64,000 nt of DNA from Octopus vulgaris. Its lineage: Eukaryota. The stretch lies in assembly GCA_951406725.2 (NCBI GenBank), contig OX597836.1, positions 46,624,001-46,688,000 on the forward strand, given 5' to 3'. The notes under the pieces are model-generated. The model saw nothing but the letters and a program-made list of their open reading frames with translations, searched no databases and was not told the origin of the DNA. This document shows, one piece after another, positions 13,330 through 26,601 of the stretch. How positions within the stretch are numbered: position 1 is the first letter of the stretch; every line of letters starts with the position of its first letter. Position numbers and translations under genes: made by a program.

Positions 13330-15053
13330 CACACCCGATAACAATACCATCACCCTTCCCCCCACACACGCACTCACACACCACCACCACTACACTATTA
13401 TATAACACCCCCCCCCACAAAAAAAATATATCTACATTATCAACTGATTTAATGTTTGTCACAGGACTGGTTGTGGTTGTAGTAGTGGTGGTGGTGGTGG
13501 TGGTGGTGGTGGTGGTGGTGGTGGTGGTGGTGGTGGTTGTTGTGGTGGTGGTGGTGGTAGTTGTGGTGGTGGTGGTGGTGGTGGTTGTTGTGGTGGTGGT
13601 GGTGGTGGTGGTGGTTGTGGTGGTGGTGGTGGTGGTGGTTGTGGTGGTGGTAGTTGTGGTGGTGGTGGTGGTGGTGGTGGTGGTGGTGGTGGTGGTGGTG
13701 GTGGTGGTGGTGGTGGTGGTGGTGGTGGTGGTGGTGGTGGTGGTGGTGGTGGTAGTTGTGGTGGTGGTGGTAGTTGTGGTGGTGGTGGTGGTGGTGTGGT
13801 GGTGGTAGTTGTGGTGGTGGTGGTGGTGGTGGTGGTAGTTGTGGTGGTGGTGGTTGTGGCATTCCACGCTTTAAATCAAAGAGACACTAAAAAAAAATTC
13901 TTTGCTACCAAAAGATTATTTGAATTTCTGCTGTTGTTGATGTTCCAGTTATTGTCTTCTTCTTCACTGGGAGACAAACAACGATACAATCCCTTTTGTC
14001 TGTCGTTGGACACCCGAGACATTCTTTTCAGTTTTACGGAATGCTTTACTTTAGAAATTTTGTCAACTTTTCAGAGTAGATCTATGTCAATACACACACA
14101 CACACACACACTCACTCACACATGTATGTATTTGTTAAAAGAATATGAATTTAGATTTACAAGAGAAAATAACTGTATATATATTTGTACACACATACAC
14201 AGACAGACACACATATACATACATATATATATATCCATTTATACACACCGATAACAATACCATCACCCTTCCCCCCACACACGCACTCACACACCGCTAC
14301 TACACTATTATATAACACCCCCCCCACAAAAAAAATATATCTACATTATCAACTGATTTAATGTTTGTCACAGGACTGGTTGTGGTTGTAGTAGTGGTGG
14401 TGGTGGTGGTGGTGGTGTTGGTGGTGGTGTTGTTGGTGGTGGTAGTTGTGATGTTGGTGGTGGTGGTAGTTGTGGTGGTGGTGGTAGTTGTGGTGGTGGT
14501 GGTGGTGGTGGTGGTGGTGGTGGTGGTGGTGGTGGTGGTGGTGGTAGTTGTGGTGGTGGTGGTGGTGGTAGTTGTGGTGGTGGTGGTGGTGGTAGTTGTG
14601 GTGGTGGTGGTGGTAGTTGTGGTGGTGGTGGTGGTGGTGGTGGTGGTAGTTGTGGTGGTGGTGGTGGTGGCGGTTGTGGTGGTGGTGGTGGTGGTGGTGG
14701 TGGTAGTTGTGGTAGTGGTGGTGGTCGTCGTTGTGGTAGTGGTGGTGGTGGTAGTTGTGGTGGTGGTGGTGGTGGCGGTTGTGGTGGTGGTGGTGGTGGT
14801 GGTTGTGGTGGTGGTGGTTGTGGCATTCCATTCTTTAAATCAAAGAGACACTAAAAAAAAATTCTTTGCTACCAAAAGATTATTTGAATTTCTGCTGTTG
14901 TTGATGTTCCAGTTATTGTCTTCTTCTTCACTGGGAGACAAACAACGATACAATCCCTTTTGTCTGTCGTTGGACACCCGAGACATTCTTTTCAGTTTTA
15001 TGGAATGCTTTACTTTAGAAATTTTGTCAACTTTTCAGAGTAGATCTATGTCA

Positions 15054-15113
<60 letters not shown>

Positions 15114-15160
15114 ATACACACTCACTCACTCACACATGTATGTATTTGTCTGTATATATA
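13330..15160. repeat. Tandem duplication of a ~0.9-kb unit, each copy with a long (GGT)n tract
   Basis: 13330-14245 is repeated at 14243-~15215 with near-identical unique flanks. Confidence 0.9.
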
Positions 15161-15346
15161 TTTGTACACACATACACAGACAGACACACATACATATATA
15201 TATATCCATTTATACATACTACAATCACACATGTTCACACACCGTTTTTACCAATATATGTGTGTGTGTGTATGTGTACATATATATATATACACACACA
15301 TATATACATATCTATCTATCTGTCTATCTATCTATCTATCTATCTA

Positions 15347-15390
<44 letters not shown>

Positions 15391-15418
15391 TATACACATA
15401 TATATACATGTATGTATA

Positions 15419-15454
<36 letters not shown>

Positions 15455-15566
15455 GAGAGAGAGAGATGCATATACACATGCATGCACATATGCAAACACA
15501 CACACACACACACACATACATACATGCATACATACATACATACACTCATACATACACACATACATA

Positions 15567-15952
15567 CAGTGTGGCTGTGTGATAAGAAGTTTGCTTCCCA
15601 TCTGCATGGCTTCCAGTTCAGTCCTACTGCGTGGCACCTTGGGCATGTGTCTTCTACTATAGCCTCGGGACGACCAAAGCCTTGTGAGTGGATTTGGTAG
15701 ATGGAAACTGAAAGAAGCCCGTCGTATATATATGTGTGTGAGTGTGTTTGTGTGTCTGTGTTTGTACCCGCAACATCGCTTGACAACCGATGCTGGTGTG
15801 TTTACGTACCCCGTAACTTAGAGGTTTGGCATAAGAGACCGATAGAATAAGTACTAGGCTTACAAAGAATAAGTCCCAGGGTTGATTTGCTCGACTAAAG
15901 GCGGTGCTCCAGTATGGCCACCGTCAATTGACTGAAACAGGTAAAAGAGAGT
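15567..15952 (+). mobile_element. SINE family A
   Basis: Full consensus including tail actgaaacaggtaaaagag. Confidence 0.85.
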
Positions 15953-15956
15953 ATAT

Positions 15957-16003
<47 letters not shown>

Positions 16004-16378
16004 ACACAAACACTCATATACTTACACACACACCATCCTCTGCTGTGACTGAAGAAATCCAGAAGTCAATGACCCAGTCGGTTGCTGTGATGGCCAACCG
16101 AAGGCAGTGTCTGCTCCACTCATTATAAGTGTTGTCTTTTAATTGTTTCCTTTTGTTTCTTCTTTGTGAGTTTGCTTTCCTTCATTAGAAAACCTCAGCC
16201 TCTCCTACACCCTTGCCTAGTTCCAGTCAGATCATTGTCCTCCATGTATACACATATATAAAAGTGTGTGTGTACCTATATACATACATACATAACATAT
16301 TATTTTATAGATAAATTTCCTCTATTTACATAATATTGAGGTCTCTTTCTTTCTTTTGTTATCTTACCGTTTTTACCA

Positions 16379-16410
<32 letters not shown>

Positions 16411-16421
16411 TCATATATACA

Positions 16422-16452
<31 letters not shown>

Positions 16453-16455
16453 ATA

Positions 16456-16495
<40 letters not shown>

Positions 16496-16772
16496 TATAC
16501 ATGTATGTATATCTATATATATATATACAGAGAGAGAGAGATGCATATGCAAATATATATATATATACATGCATACTTACACATGCACACACACACATAC
16601 ATACATACATACATACATACATACACTCATACATACATACATACATACATACACTCATACATACATACATATACTCATACATACATACATACATGCATAC
16701 ATACATACATACATACATACATACATACATACATACATACATACATACATACGTACATACATACAGACATAC

Positions 16773-17350
16773 AGTGTGGCTTTGTGATAAGAAGTCTGCT
16801 TCCCATCTGCATGGCTTCCAGTTCAGTCCCACTGCATGGTGCTTCGGACAAGTGCCTTTTATGGCCTCAGGCTGAAAGAAGCCGGTCGTGTGTGTGTGTG
16901 TATGTGTGTGTGCGTGTATCTGTCTGTGTGTGTGTGTGTGTGTTTGTGTTTGTTCCCCCTACCACCACTTATTTTTTTATTGCTCACAAGGGGCTAAACA
17001 TAGAGGGGAGAAACAAGGACAGAGAAAGGGATTAAGTCGATTACATCGACCCCAGTACACAACTGGTACTTAATTTATCGACCCCGAAAGGATGAAAGGC
17101 AAAGTCGACCTCGGCGGAATTTGAACTCAGAATATAACGGCAGACGAAATACCGTTAAGCATTTAGCCCGGCGTACTAAAGTTTCTGCCAGCTTGCCACC
17201 TTCACCACTTAGCAACCAGTGTTGGTGTGTTTACAGCTCCAAAACTTAGTTTAACACAGGGAAACCAACAGAATAAGTCCTAGACTTTAAAAAAATTAAG
17301 TATTGGGGCTGATTTGCTGGACTATCGTTCCAGCATGGCCACAGTCTAAT
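16773..17350 (+). mobile_element. SINE family A with a nested minus-strand SINE B (16970-17200)
   Basis: Consensus interrupted by a reverse-complement family B copy. Confidence 0.8.
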
Positions 17351-17716
17351 GACTGTAACAAGTAAAAGATTTTCATTCCAATAAAGCTTATCTATTTGCC
17401 GTTGAAGTAAAGCCTTAATATATTTATAGATGGATCCAAAGACTAAGTATTCAACAATATGACATTATGATTGATAATACTGATTTCTTACACGGATGCA
17501 TAATAACATATTTTAGAGTGTTGGTGGTGGTGGTGGTGGTGGTGGTGGTGGTGACTTCATCAGGAGCTGAATTCAGATCTTCATAGGAAGTAACCAAAAT
17601 AGCATTTGTTGGATGCTTCACTGATTAAGTGGATCATCCCACATGGTTGGTTCATATTTTAGCAACATGTGATGATGAAGGGCAAAGTTGATAGCCAATG
17701 ATAATAATGATGATAA

Positions 17717-18140
17717 TTTCAAATTTTGGCACAAGGCCAGCAACTTCAGGGGAGGAGATAAGTCAATTACATCGACCCCAGTGCTTAACTGGTTCTTATT
17801 TTATCAGCCCCGAAAGGATGAAAGATAAAGCTGACCTTGGTGGAATTTGAACTCAGAGCATTAAGATAAATGAAATGCTGCTAAGCATTTTGCCTGTCAC
17901 TCTAACGATTCTGCCAGCTTACCTCAATAATAATAATAATAATAATCCTTTCTACTAAAGGCACAAGACCAATTTAGGCACAAAGGACTTGTTGATTACA
18001 CTGATCCCATTGTTTCAGTGGTACTTAATTTATCGACTCTGAAAGGATGAAAGGAATTTGAACTCAGAACGTAAAGATGGGTCAAATATTGCTAAGCATT
18101 TTGCCTGGCAAGCTAACAACTTTGCCAGCTTGCTGCCTTA
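17717..18140 (-). mobile_element. Two tandem SINE family B copies
   Basis: Reverse-complement consensus twice, separated by (AAT)n. Confidence 0.8.
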
Positions 18141-18172
18141 ATAATAATAGTAATAATAATAGTAGTAGTAGT

Positions 18173-18224
<52 letters not shown>

Positions 18225-18533
18225 TGCCAACCATTTACACCAAAGGAATGAAGCAGAAAGCAAAATACCAACCAGGTTTAATTGGAGAAAACATGAAAGT
18301 GGTTACAAGGTAATGCAGGGGAAGCACCCAAATACATCTGCAGAAAGGAGATGTGAACCCAGTGAAAGTACACCAGTGGTTTAAGAGAACTAGACTCTGA
18401 AAACTGAGATGGAAAGTTTAAAATTTTAGTTTTAACTATAAATGAAATTCACAAGCCATTACTTTTTAGACATTCTTTGAGATGTAGATATCAGATTGAA
18501 GCTGCTATTTCTTGGTAGTAATCCCTCATAAGT

Positions 18534-18780
18534 GGAGGCACGTGGCTCAGTGGTTAGGGTGTCAGCACCATGATCGTAAGATTGTGGTTTCGATTCTTGG
18601 ACCAGGCCACGCGTTGTGTTCTTGAGAAAAACATTTCATTTCACGTTGCTCCAGTCCACTCAGCTGGCAAAAATGAGTAATGCTGCGATGGACTGGCGTC
18701 CCATCCAGCTGGGGAACACATACGCCATAGAAACCGGGAAACGGGGCCCATGAGCCTGGCTAGGCTTTAAAAGGGCTCAT
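18534..18780 (+). mobile_element. SINE family C (tRNA head, V-domain-like gatggactggcgtcccatccag)
   Basis: A box tggctcagtgg and B box ggtttcgattc; related copies at 46295-46420, 60802-61105 and 63810-64000. Confidence 0.8.
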
Positions 18781-19261
18781 AGAATCCCTCATTATATAGT
18801 GGCAGAGATATTTCTTTGTAGACATAACATGCTGTCTTTCATCAACACTTTAACCAGATTATTTCAAATTAATAGGGTTTTTACAAACACCTGGTATCCC
18901 CTAGCAGACTAGAGAGATAATTTTTCCTCCAAAATATTTGGTTGGATTAGAAGTTTGGATTTGAAAGTAAGGGAGAAAGAAAGAGTTAGAGAGGGGACAC
19001 ACAGACTCACAGACACGGTGGTAATGGTGGCATTTGTAGTGATGGTGGTGTCTTTTGTAAAAACCATGTCAGGTATTTGATATGTTCCTTTATTATTCTC
19101 TTTTAGTCAAAGTTCTGATTAAAAATTAAATAACAGAAGCAGGCACAGCTGTGTGATAAGAAGCTTTCTATTATTCAATTAAATGAGCCACTTGAAACAG
19201 TTGTACTGCATCACCACTTGATATCCTGTTGCTTATATATGTGTGTGTGTGTGTATGTGTA

Positions 19262-19642
19262 TTCATATATAAGGGCAAACGAAAAAATTTCTAATGCCAA
19301 ATATGCCGAAAAATTGGACATATTGTCCATTAACCATATAATTCTTTCACAATACGCACGCTACTCGAAAAAAGGTCGACAGAAATTTCTAAAAAATTCC
19401 ATTATTACCATATCGACCTTTTTCAACCTTTTTTCGTGTAGCGTGCGTATTGTGAAAGAATTATATGGTTAATGGACAATATGTCCAATTTTTCAGCATA
19501 TTTGGCATTAGAAATTTTTTCGTTTGCCCTTATTTATGAATTGTTTATAAATTTAACCCTTAAAGGTATTTTTTAATATGCTGACCATTGATAAAATTTT
19601 TTTCGAAAAGAACTTTTTTTCGAAAAAATTTTATCCTACATT
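19262..19642. mobile_element. Structured element with ~280-bp fold-back (19262-19539)
   Basis: Arms of ~110 bp; the minus strand shows the conserved P1/P2/P2a/P3 architecture. Confidence 0.75.
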
Positions 19643-19784
19643 AGACATACATACATATAGATAGATAGATAGACAGACATTCTAGCCAGCATATATATAT
19701 CAGTTGCTTACTTTTTCTAGGACCATCCTTTTGTTTTAAACCCAATGTAACTCAATCCATCCTTATTTTTGATTTTTTTATTTA

Positions 19785-20245
19785 ATTTTATTTCATCTAG
19801 TTTCGGCTCACGAGCTGTGGCCATGCTGGGGCACCACCATTTGGTGTTGCTACATGATTTTACTTCACGAATGTTTTTTAGCAAATGACATTTGGTGCAT
19901 GAGAGAGTTTGATGCAGGTGCCCTCATTTGCACCTCCTGCCCCAAAGTTGGTTCATCTGGGACACATGACAGGAAGAGGTCCAGCTTTATTTTGAAGACG
20001 CCTGCATCCACCCCATGCAGGTCTCTCAGGTCCTTCGGGAGGATATTGAAGAGCTGTGGACCTCTGAATCCCAGGCTATTGCAGCATCTTGTCCTACGTC
20101 TTGATGGCAAATTTGGAGTCCTTGGCACTATGCAGTGGCACCCAGTTCTAGTATTTGTGTAACTCTCAATGCCAAAGTTTGGGACAAGTCCTTCCAGGAT
20201 CTTCCAGATGTATATTATGGTATATCTTTCTCGCCTACGCTTGTC
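19785..20245 (-). mobile_element. CR1-clade LINE 3' end (ORF2 C-terminus plus 3' UTR)
   Basis: RRRERYTIIYIWKILEGLVPN...RGPQLFNILPKDLR...FKIKLDLFL is typical of CR1-type ORF2 ends. Confidence 0.85.
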
Positions 20246-20489
20246 CACTCATTCACTTCCTTTACAATTTTTTTTTATCAACAGTTATTTGTCTATATTC
20301 AGAAATGTCTGCAATTCCTATTATAAAAAGATAACAGTAATTGAAAATTGTAGCAATGTTTCATTCCCTGACCGGACGGGCATATAACAACATGGCAGCC
20401 AAAACTCAGGTTATTTAGCAAGATACAACTTTATGTACTGATGTACCTGATGTGACCCAGACTGCAAAATGGATGCAACATATGTTGAA

Positions 20490-20800
20490 AGGGATCCCAC
20501 CCATAAGGGATAGTAGCGTGGTGGGGATGCTGGCAACGGATAGTGTCAGGGCTATGCCGTTGGGAACTTCGGTTCCTGGTAGGGCCACCCAAAGCGGATT
20601 GGTCTGACACCGAGTGGTATTAGGGCCACAACCCGGCAGACGGGGCTCTGGTGAAAAATCCTCGAAGTGTCTGTTTCGGCAACCGGCAGCTCTTCAGTCG
20701 TTCTGTCCCTGCATCTGCGGACAATCTGCAGCAAACAGGATGTCTCCACATGCGAGATTGTTGGGGACCACTTGTGAAATCCACATATTCCCATCTTTTG
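20490..20800 (+). mobile_element. Probable RTE-clade LINE 5' UTR fragment
   Basis: gcgtggtggggatgct...gctatgccg...ggtagggccacccaaagcgga..ggtc resembles BovB/Expander-type 5' ends. Confidence 0.5.
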
Positions 20801-20821
20801 GTTACTCAAGAAATTATCATT

Positions 20822-20824
<3 letters not shown>

Positions 20825-20859
<35 letters not shown>

Positions 20860-21075
20860 TGTTTGTCCCACACCACAGCCTGACAACCAGTGTTTGCGGG
20901 TTTACATCTCCATGACTTAGCAGTTTGACAATAAGAGTCTGAAAGAATAAGTACCAGGCTTTAAAAAAATAAGTTCTGGGTCGATTCATCTGACTAAAAT
21001 TCTTCAAGGCAGTGCCCCAGCATGGCCACAGTCTAATGACTGATGCAAGCAAAAGATAAAAATACATAAAAGATA
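20825..21075 (+). mobile_element. SINE family A, 3' half
   Basis: (TG)n followed by the tail consensus. Confidence 0.75.
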
Positions 21076-21470
21076 ACCAACTTCCTGTCCTCCCTCACCA
21101 CATTCCTCTACCCCACAGCAAATGGAAGCACAAAACGATGAACATTTTCTATCGATAGACAACTGGCAATTGTCTTCAACGTGTATCTCCAGCTTATCAT
21201 AACTTCTAAATATATTGGGTCTATCTAAAAATGTCCTTATTGGATAGTTTCATTACATCACCACCACCGCCACCACTACCACCATCACCATCAGGTGCAC
21301 TTCAATTAATGATCCTATCTCTCCTCTACTAATCTGTGTGCTCTAAGTACCAACTGAATACTGGGGTTGATGTAATCAAGTCTCCCTCTCCCCCAAATTT
21401 CAGGCCTTGTGCCTATAACAGAAAGGATTATTATTATTATTATTACTATTACTATTACTATTACTATTAC

Positions 21471-21506
<36 letters not shown>

Positions 21507-21516
21507 CATTATTATT

Positions 21517-22135
21517 CAGTAGTTTTATTTTTATAGCGTGCTTTCACTTCACTACCGAGCGCTGTATGTGCTGTGATTTGTTGTGATGCTCTGATGGTTA
21601 TTGTATGGAAAGTGTTCTGCGTAGGATGTGTGCAGTGCCTAGTAGTGCAATTTTCTGTATGTTATATGTGTTTGTAAGTCCTGGTGTTTTTGTTATGTAT
21701 TTGTCTGAATATTTTTTTATCATGCCTAATGCACCTACTATGATAGGAATTGTTTCTGTTTTCAGATTCCACATTCTAGTTACCTCTATTTCCAGGTCTT
21801 TGTATTTTGAAAGTTCTCCATTTCTTTTAGAGACATGTTGTCATCTGCCGGTATTGATACATCAATTAGAAAGCATTTTTTTTTTCTTCATGATCTCTGA
21901 CAACTATATCCAGCCTATTGACCTTAATTTCTCTGTCTGTGTGTATCGGCATATCCCAAAGTATGGTTGCTTTTTCGTTTTCTGTGACCTTTTTTGGTGT
22001 GTGCCTATACCATCTTTTTTCTGTTGTTATTCCATAATGTTGGCATAGCTTCCAGTGTATATAGGTCCCAACTCTTTCGTGTCTGTGAATATATTCCTTC
22101 TTAACCAGAACTGGGCAGCCAGAGATAATATGATT
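21517..22135 (-). mobile_element. R4/Dong-clade LINE 3' end with restriction-like endonuclease, inserted in (TAA)n
   Basis: HIISGCPVL..EYIHRH, ILWDMPIHTDREI..NRLDIVV, then frameshifted LIDVSIP, KYKDL and PIIVGALG; (TAA)n on both sides. Confidence 0.85.
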
Positions 22136-22143
22136 TATTTTTA

Positions 22144-22183
<40 letters not shown>

Positions 22184-22214
22184 CATTATTAATTATTATT
22201 ATTATTATTATTAT

Positions 22215-22769
22215 TGAGTGAGAGAGCAGTTCATGCCATCAAAGTGACACTGGGGTAAAATATACGAAGCCCAATATACCCATCATGACTACCCGTCTGA
22301 TAAAGGTACACCAGGCACATGCATCACAGCCATATGTGCGCGACATGGTGATCTCATATCAAGATAAACAGCACATGACCTTGCAGGTGGGGCCCAGTTA
22401 GAATTTTCTTCAGGTTGAGTAGCCCATCCTGCTCAAACGGTCCCTGAATAAGGGTTGCTTTAGGATGTTGAACGAAACACCTATGTTTCCAGAGGTGAAC
22501 CATTCAAACTCCAAAGAATCCCTCTCAACACATGGCCATGATGCTCCCCCACTACTTCTGCTCGTGATCAGAGATGCACATATCGTCAGCCACTAAGGGA
22601 CATGCTCAACTGGTTAAGGTCAAACAACTGACAAGCAAATCTGTGGTATTGAGCAGAATATTTGCTGTAGCCCATCTTTTATACCAAGACAAAACAATGT
22701 ACATGATAACACTTCCAATCAGTTAAGATCAGAAGCCATGAGAGCCACTGCCTGGTACTGCATCAGGGC

Positions 22770-22771
<2 letters not shown>
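22215..22771 (-). mobile_element. ~555-bp non-coding element inserted in (TAA)n
   Basis: Second copy at 218-580; (TTA)n at both ends. Confidence 0.8.
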
Positions 22772-22803
<32 letters not shown>

Positions 22804-22836
22804 ATCATTGTTATTATTATTATCATTATCATTATC

Positions 22837-22902
<66 letters not shown>

Positions 22903-22938
22903 ATCATTGTTATTATTATTATCATTATCATTATCATC

Positions 22939-22992
<54 letters not shown>

Positions 22993-22999
22993 TTTAATA

Positions 23000-23148
23000 C
23001 TACTCACAAGGGGCTAAACACAGATGGGACAAACAAGAACAGACAAACAGATTAAGTTGATTATATCGACCTCAGTGCGTAACTGGTACTTAATTTATCG
23101 ACTCCGAAAGGATGAAAGGCAAAGTTGACCTCGGCGGAATTTGAACTC
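23000..23148 (-). mobile_element. SINE family B, truncated
   Basis: Reverse-complement consensus. Confidence 0.8.
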
Positions 23149-23152
23149 ATTA

Positions 23153-23186
<34 letters not shown>

Positions 23187-23509
23187 CATCATTATCATTA
23201 TTATTAGGGTTAGGGTAAGGTATCTGTTCTGGCTCTTTGCATTGTGAGTTCAAATCCTGTCAAGTACTGGGGATGAATGGTATTCACTAAGTACCCCCAC
23301 CCTAATATCAGCTTGCTTTTTGCCAGAATTGAAAGCAATTATTATCTTTGGGATCAATGAATGACAAGGGGTTTTAAATACAATGTGGACTGGTGCAATG
23401 GTTACAGTATTTGCCTAATTAATGTTTTATGACATTTAGTTGAATAACACAAAAAATCTGGGTTCAAGTACAACTGGAAGATGGTGGATTATTATATTTA
23501 TGATATGAA

Positions 23510-23768
23510 TTGATTATTAATTAGTAACTATAACCTTTGAACTAATCATCAATAACTGTCTTTACACTAATTATTAATTAACAACTGTCTTTAGCCTAGT
23601 TACTAATTAATCACTGTCTTTAACTCTAATCACCAACCAATGACTGTTTTTAACCGTAATTATTAATTAATAAATATCTCCAATCCTTATTATTAATTAA
23701 TGACTGTCTTAACACTAATGATTAATGGCCAACTATGTCCTTAACGTTAATAACTAATTATTGACTAC
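23510..23768. repeat. Degenerate ~30-bp AT-rich minisatellite
   Basis: Recurring actgtcttta..ctaattattaattaa units. Confidence 0.7.
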
Positions 23769-23794
23769 AATTCCATGGAAAGGAGCAGACAGGG

Positions 23795-24460
23795 TTGTTT
23801 GGTAAGAAGCTTGCTTCTCAACCACATGGTCCCAAGTTCAGTCCCACTGCTTGGCACCCTGAGCAAGTGTCTTCTAGTATAGCCTCAGGTTAACCAAACC
23901 CGAAGGAGTGGATTTGGTAGATGAAAACTGAAAGAAGCCTATTACTATGCAAGGTGGCGAGCTGGCAGAAACGCTAGTACGCCGGGCGAAATGCGTAGCA
24001 GTATTTTGTCTGGCATTACGTTCTGAGTTCAAATTCCGCCAAGGTCGACTTTGCCTTTCATCCTTTTGGGAGTCGATTATATAAGTACCAGTTATGTACT
24101 GGGGTCGATGTAATCGACTTAATCTGTTTGTCTGTCCTTGTTTGTCCCCTCTGTGTTTAGCCCCTTGTGGGTAGTAAAGAAATAACTATGCATGTGTGTG
24201 TGTGTATGTGTGTGTGTGTGTGTGTGTGTGCATGTGTGTGTATGTGTGTGTTTGCATCTGTGTCTGTCCCCCACCACCACTTGACAACTGGTGTTGATGT
24301 GTTTACATCCCCCCCATAACTTAGTAGTTTGGCAAACGAGATCAATAAAATATGTACCAGGCTTAAAAAGATAATAAGTACTAGGGTTGATTAGTTTGAC
24401 TAAAATTCCTCAAAGTGGTGCCCCAGCATGGCCACAGTCAAATGACTGAAACAAGTAAAA
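23795..24460 (+). mobile_element. SINE family A with nested SINE B (23952-24185)
   Basis: Both consensuses are recognisable. Confidence 0.8.
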
Positions 24461-25637
24461 AATTCAATGTGCTGCTACCTATTCAACAAGGGCAAAATAT
24501 GATTTAAGAGAGGTTTTGCTTGTTGTTGTTGTTGTTGTTAATGTTGTTACAATTGTTGTTTGTTGTTATTTAAGGTAACGTTGACAATAATGAAAATATC
24601 AGAGTTGTTGTTCTTGAATGATGATGATGAAAGTGATTAGATTTCAAAACAAATCAAGAGATATTATTTACCTTGTATTGATTGAGACAGGTGCCAGAGG
24701 TGAAAGCTAGCCTCCCTGGACAGGTTTCATAACCTTGTGGAATGGCTTCATGATAAAGTCATACAATAGTTGCAAGTTCAAATGGCCCACCAGGTTTTGT
24801 CCCTTTTGTGGCAGTGGTTGAGGTTTCTAAACAAGGGAGGTATTTCAGTGTTTCCTCAGTACACCTGGCTGACAGGAGTAAATACCCAGAAGGTGTGGGG
24901 AAAGTAAAGATATAATAGTTTAACTTCCTATCCGGAGACGATGTATATCCTGCATCTGTCTTAACACATTGGAAGCCTATATCAGCTGTGGTTGGACCCA
25001 CAGATCACAGCAGGTGATAATTGATTTATATCTCCGTGCTCTTGTTGTTGTTGTTGTTGTGCGGATAATCCTGGATCTGAAGTAGTTTAGATTGTTTGTA
25101 TAATCTTTGTATATATCCTCGTTAGCTTAGAACAGTCTTTCAATGGAAGTCCACTTGTTTTGGTCAGTTTTGGGTTGCAAATAACTTTCCTTGACCACCT
25201 TGACATTCTTTCACAGTAAAATCCACTGGTCAGCGTCTGTTCGGACAATGTCCCAGGAACTGACTAACACAGACGAACAGGGTGAGGAGAGGAAGGTGAG
25301 GGGGGAGGGAGATAAAGAGATTTAAATGAACTCAAGAGGACTTGACTGATCAGGCAACAACAAACAGCATACCATGCAACCTACAGACAGACAAGGAACC
25401 AATAGACTAACCTAACGACCAGACCAGCCAACTAAACGAACCACTACTCAGCCAGTCAGCCGCCACCGCCGCCACCAATACCACTAAAAGGAAGTAGCTG
25501 GGAGGTGTTAACTAAAAAAAAAAAGCTAACCAAGGCAATCAGACCAACTGACAGTATTTATCTGACAGATGGCAATAATGACAATACAATGTCACTGCTG
25601 GCTTCTATACAAACACATACACACATACATACACACG

Positions 25638-25675
<38 letters not shown>

Positions 25676-26095
25676 TCCATACAGATGTACATACCTACAT
25701 ATGTACACATATGCATACATACAAACATACAAATATACATACACTCATGCATACAAATACACATACAAACACACACATCTGTCTGCTTATAACTCTCTCT
25801 TTCCACACACACACACAGAGGCACACACACATACATACACACACACACACACACACGCATGTATGTGTGTGTGTGTGTGTGTTTATGTATTATCCTTTTC
25901 TACCTTATCTTTCCTCCACCCCTGTACAACTTGAGGTAACACATCTCCCCCAACTCCACCCTCCTTACCATTCAATCCCTTTTTATAACTCACTCATCCC
26001 CACACTTCTCCACTTCCCTTCTGTTTATTCCTTTCCTCATACTCTCTCTGTTAGCCTCTCGCAACAATAAATGTGTAACTATGTATGAGTGTGTA

Positions 26096-26126
<31 letters not shown>

Positions 26127-26208
26127 TATATAATATTAGGAATAATATTCCCTCAAATAATTATTATATATATTATATATATTATATATATATCTATACC
26201 TATATCTA

Positions 26209-26300
<92 letters not shown>

Positions 26301-26303
26301 CAT

Positions 26304-26357
<54 letters not shown>

Positions 26358-26360
26358 ATA

Positions 26361-26403
<43 letters not shown>

Positions 26404-26408
<5 letters not shown>

Positions 26409-26560
26409 CAGCAAAACAGTTTAGATTCAAATGAATATGGTACTTAACTTAGATGCACCAGAATTTTTTTATGGTATTACCCATAAAATTATGTGGGGTG
26501 ATTATAACCAAAAAATAAGCAACAAGAATGGATCCATTCTTGTTGCTTATTTTTTGGTTA

Positions 26561-26562
<2 letters not shown>
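26404..26562. repeat. (TA)n-embedded fragment ending in a perfect 58-bp palindrome (26504-26561)
   Basis: ataaccaaaaaataagcaacaagaatgga|tccattcttgttgcttattttttggttat. Confidence 0.8.

Positions 26563-26599
<37 letters not shown>

Positions 26600-26601
<2 letters not shown>

Noticed and set aside
16021-16125. Possible minus-strand exon ending at GTAAGT
   Set aside because: The donor lies within a (CA)n run, there is no clear acceptor, and the phase does not fit the 6905-7015 exon.
18534-18610. tRNA-like sequences here and at 60802 and 63810
   Set aside because: These are SINE heads with A/B boxes that continue into SINE bodies; no intact cloverleaf is evident.
23205-23220. ttagggttaggg telomere-like motif
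   Set aside because: Only two units; not a telomeric array.
24670-25270. Unique coding-like stretch
   Set aside because: Stops in all frames and no recognisable motif; possibly a decayed retroelement ORF1, but unsupported.
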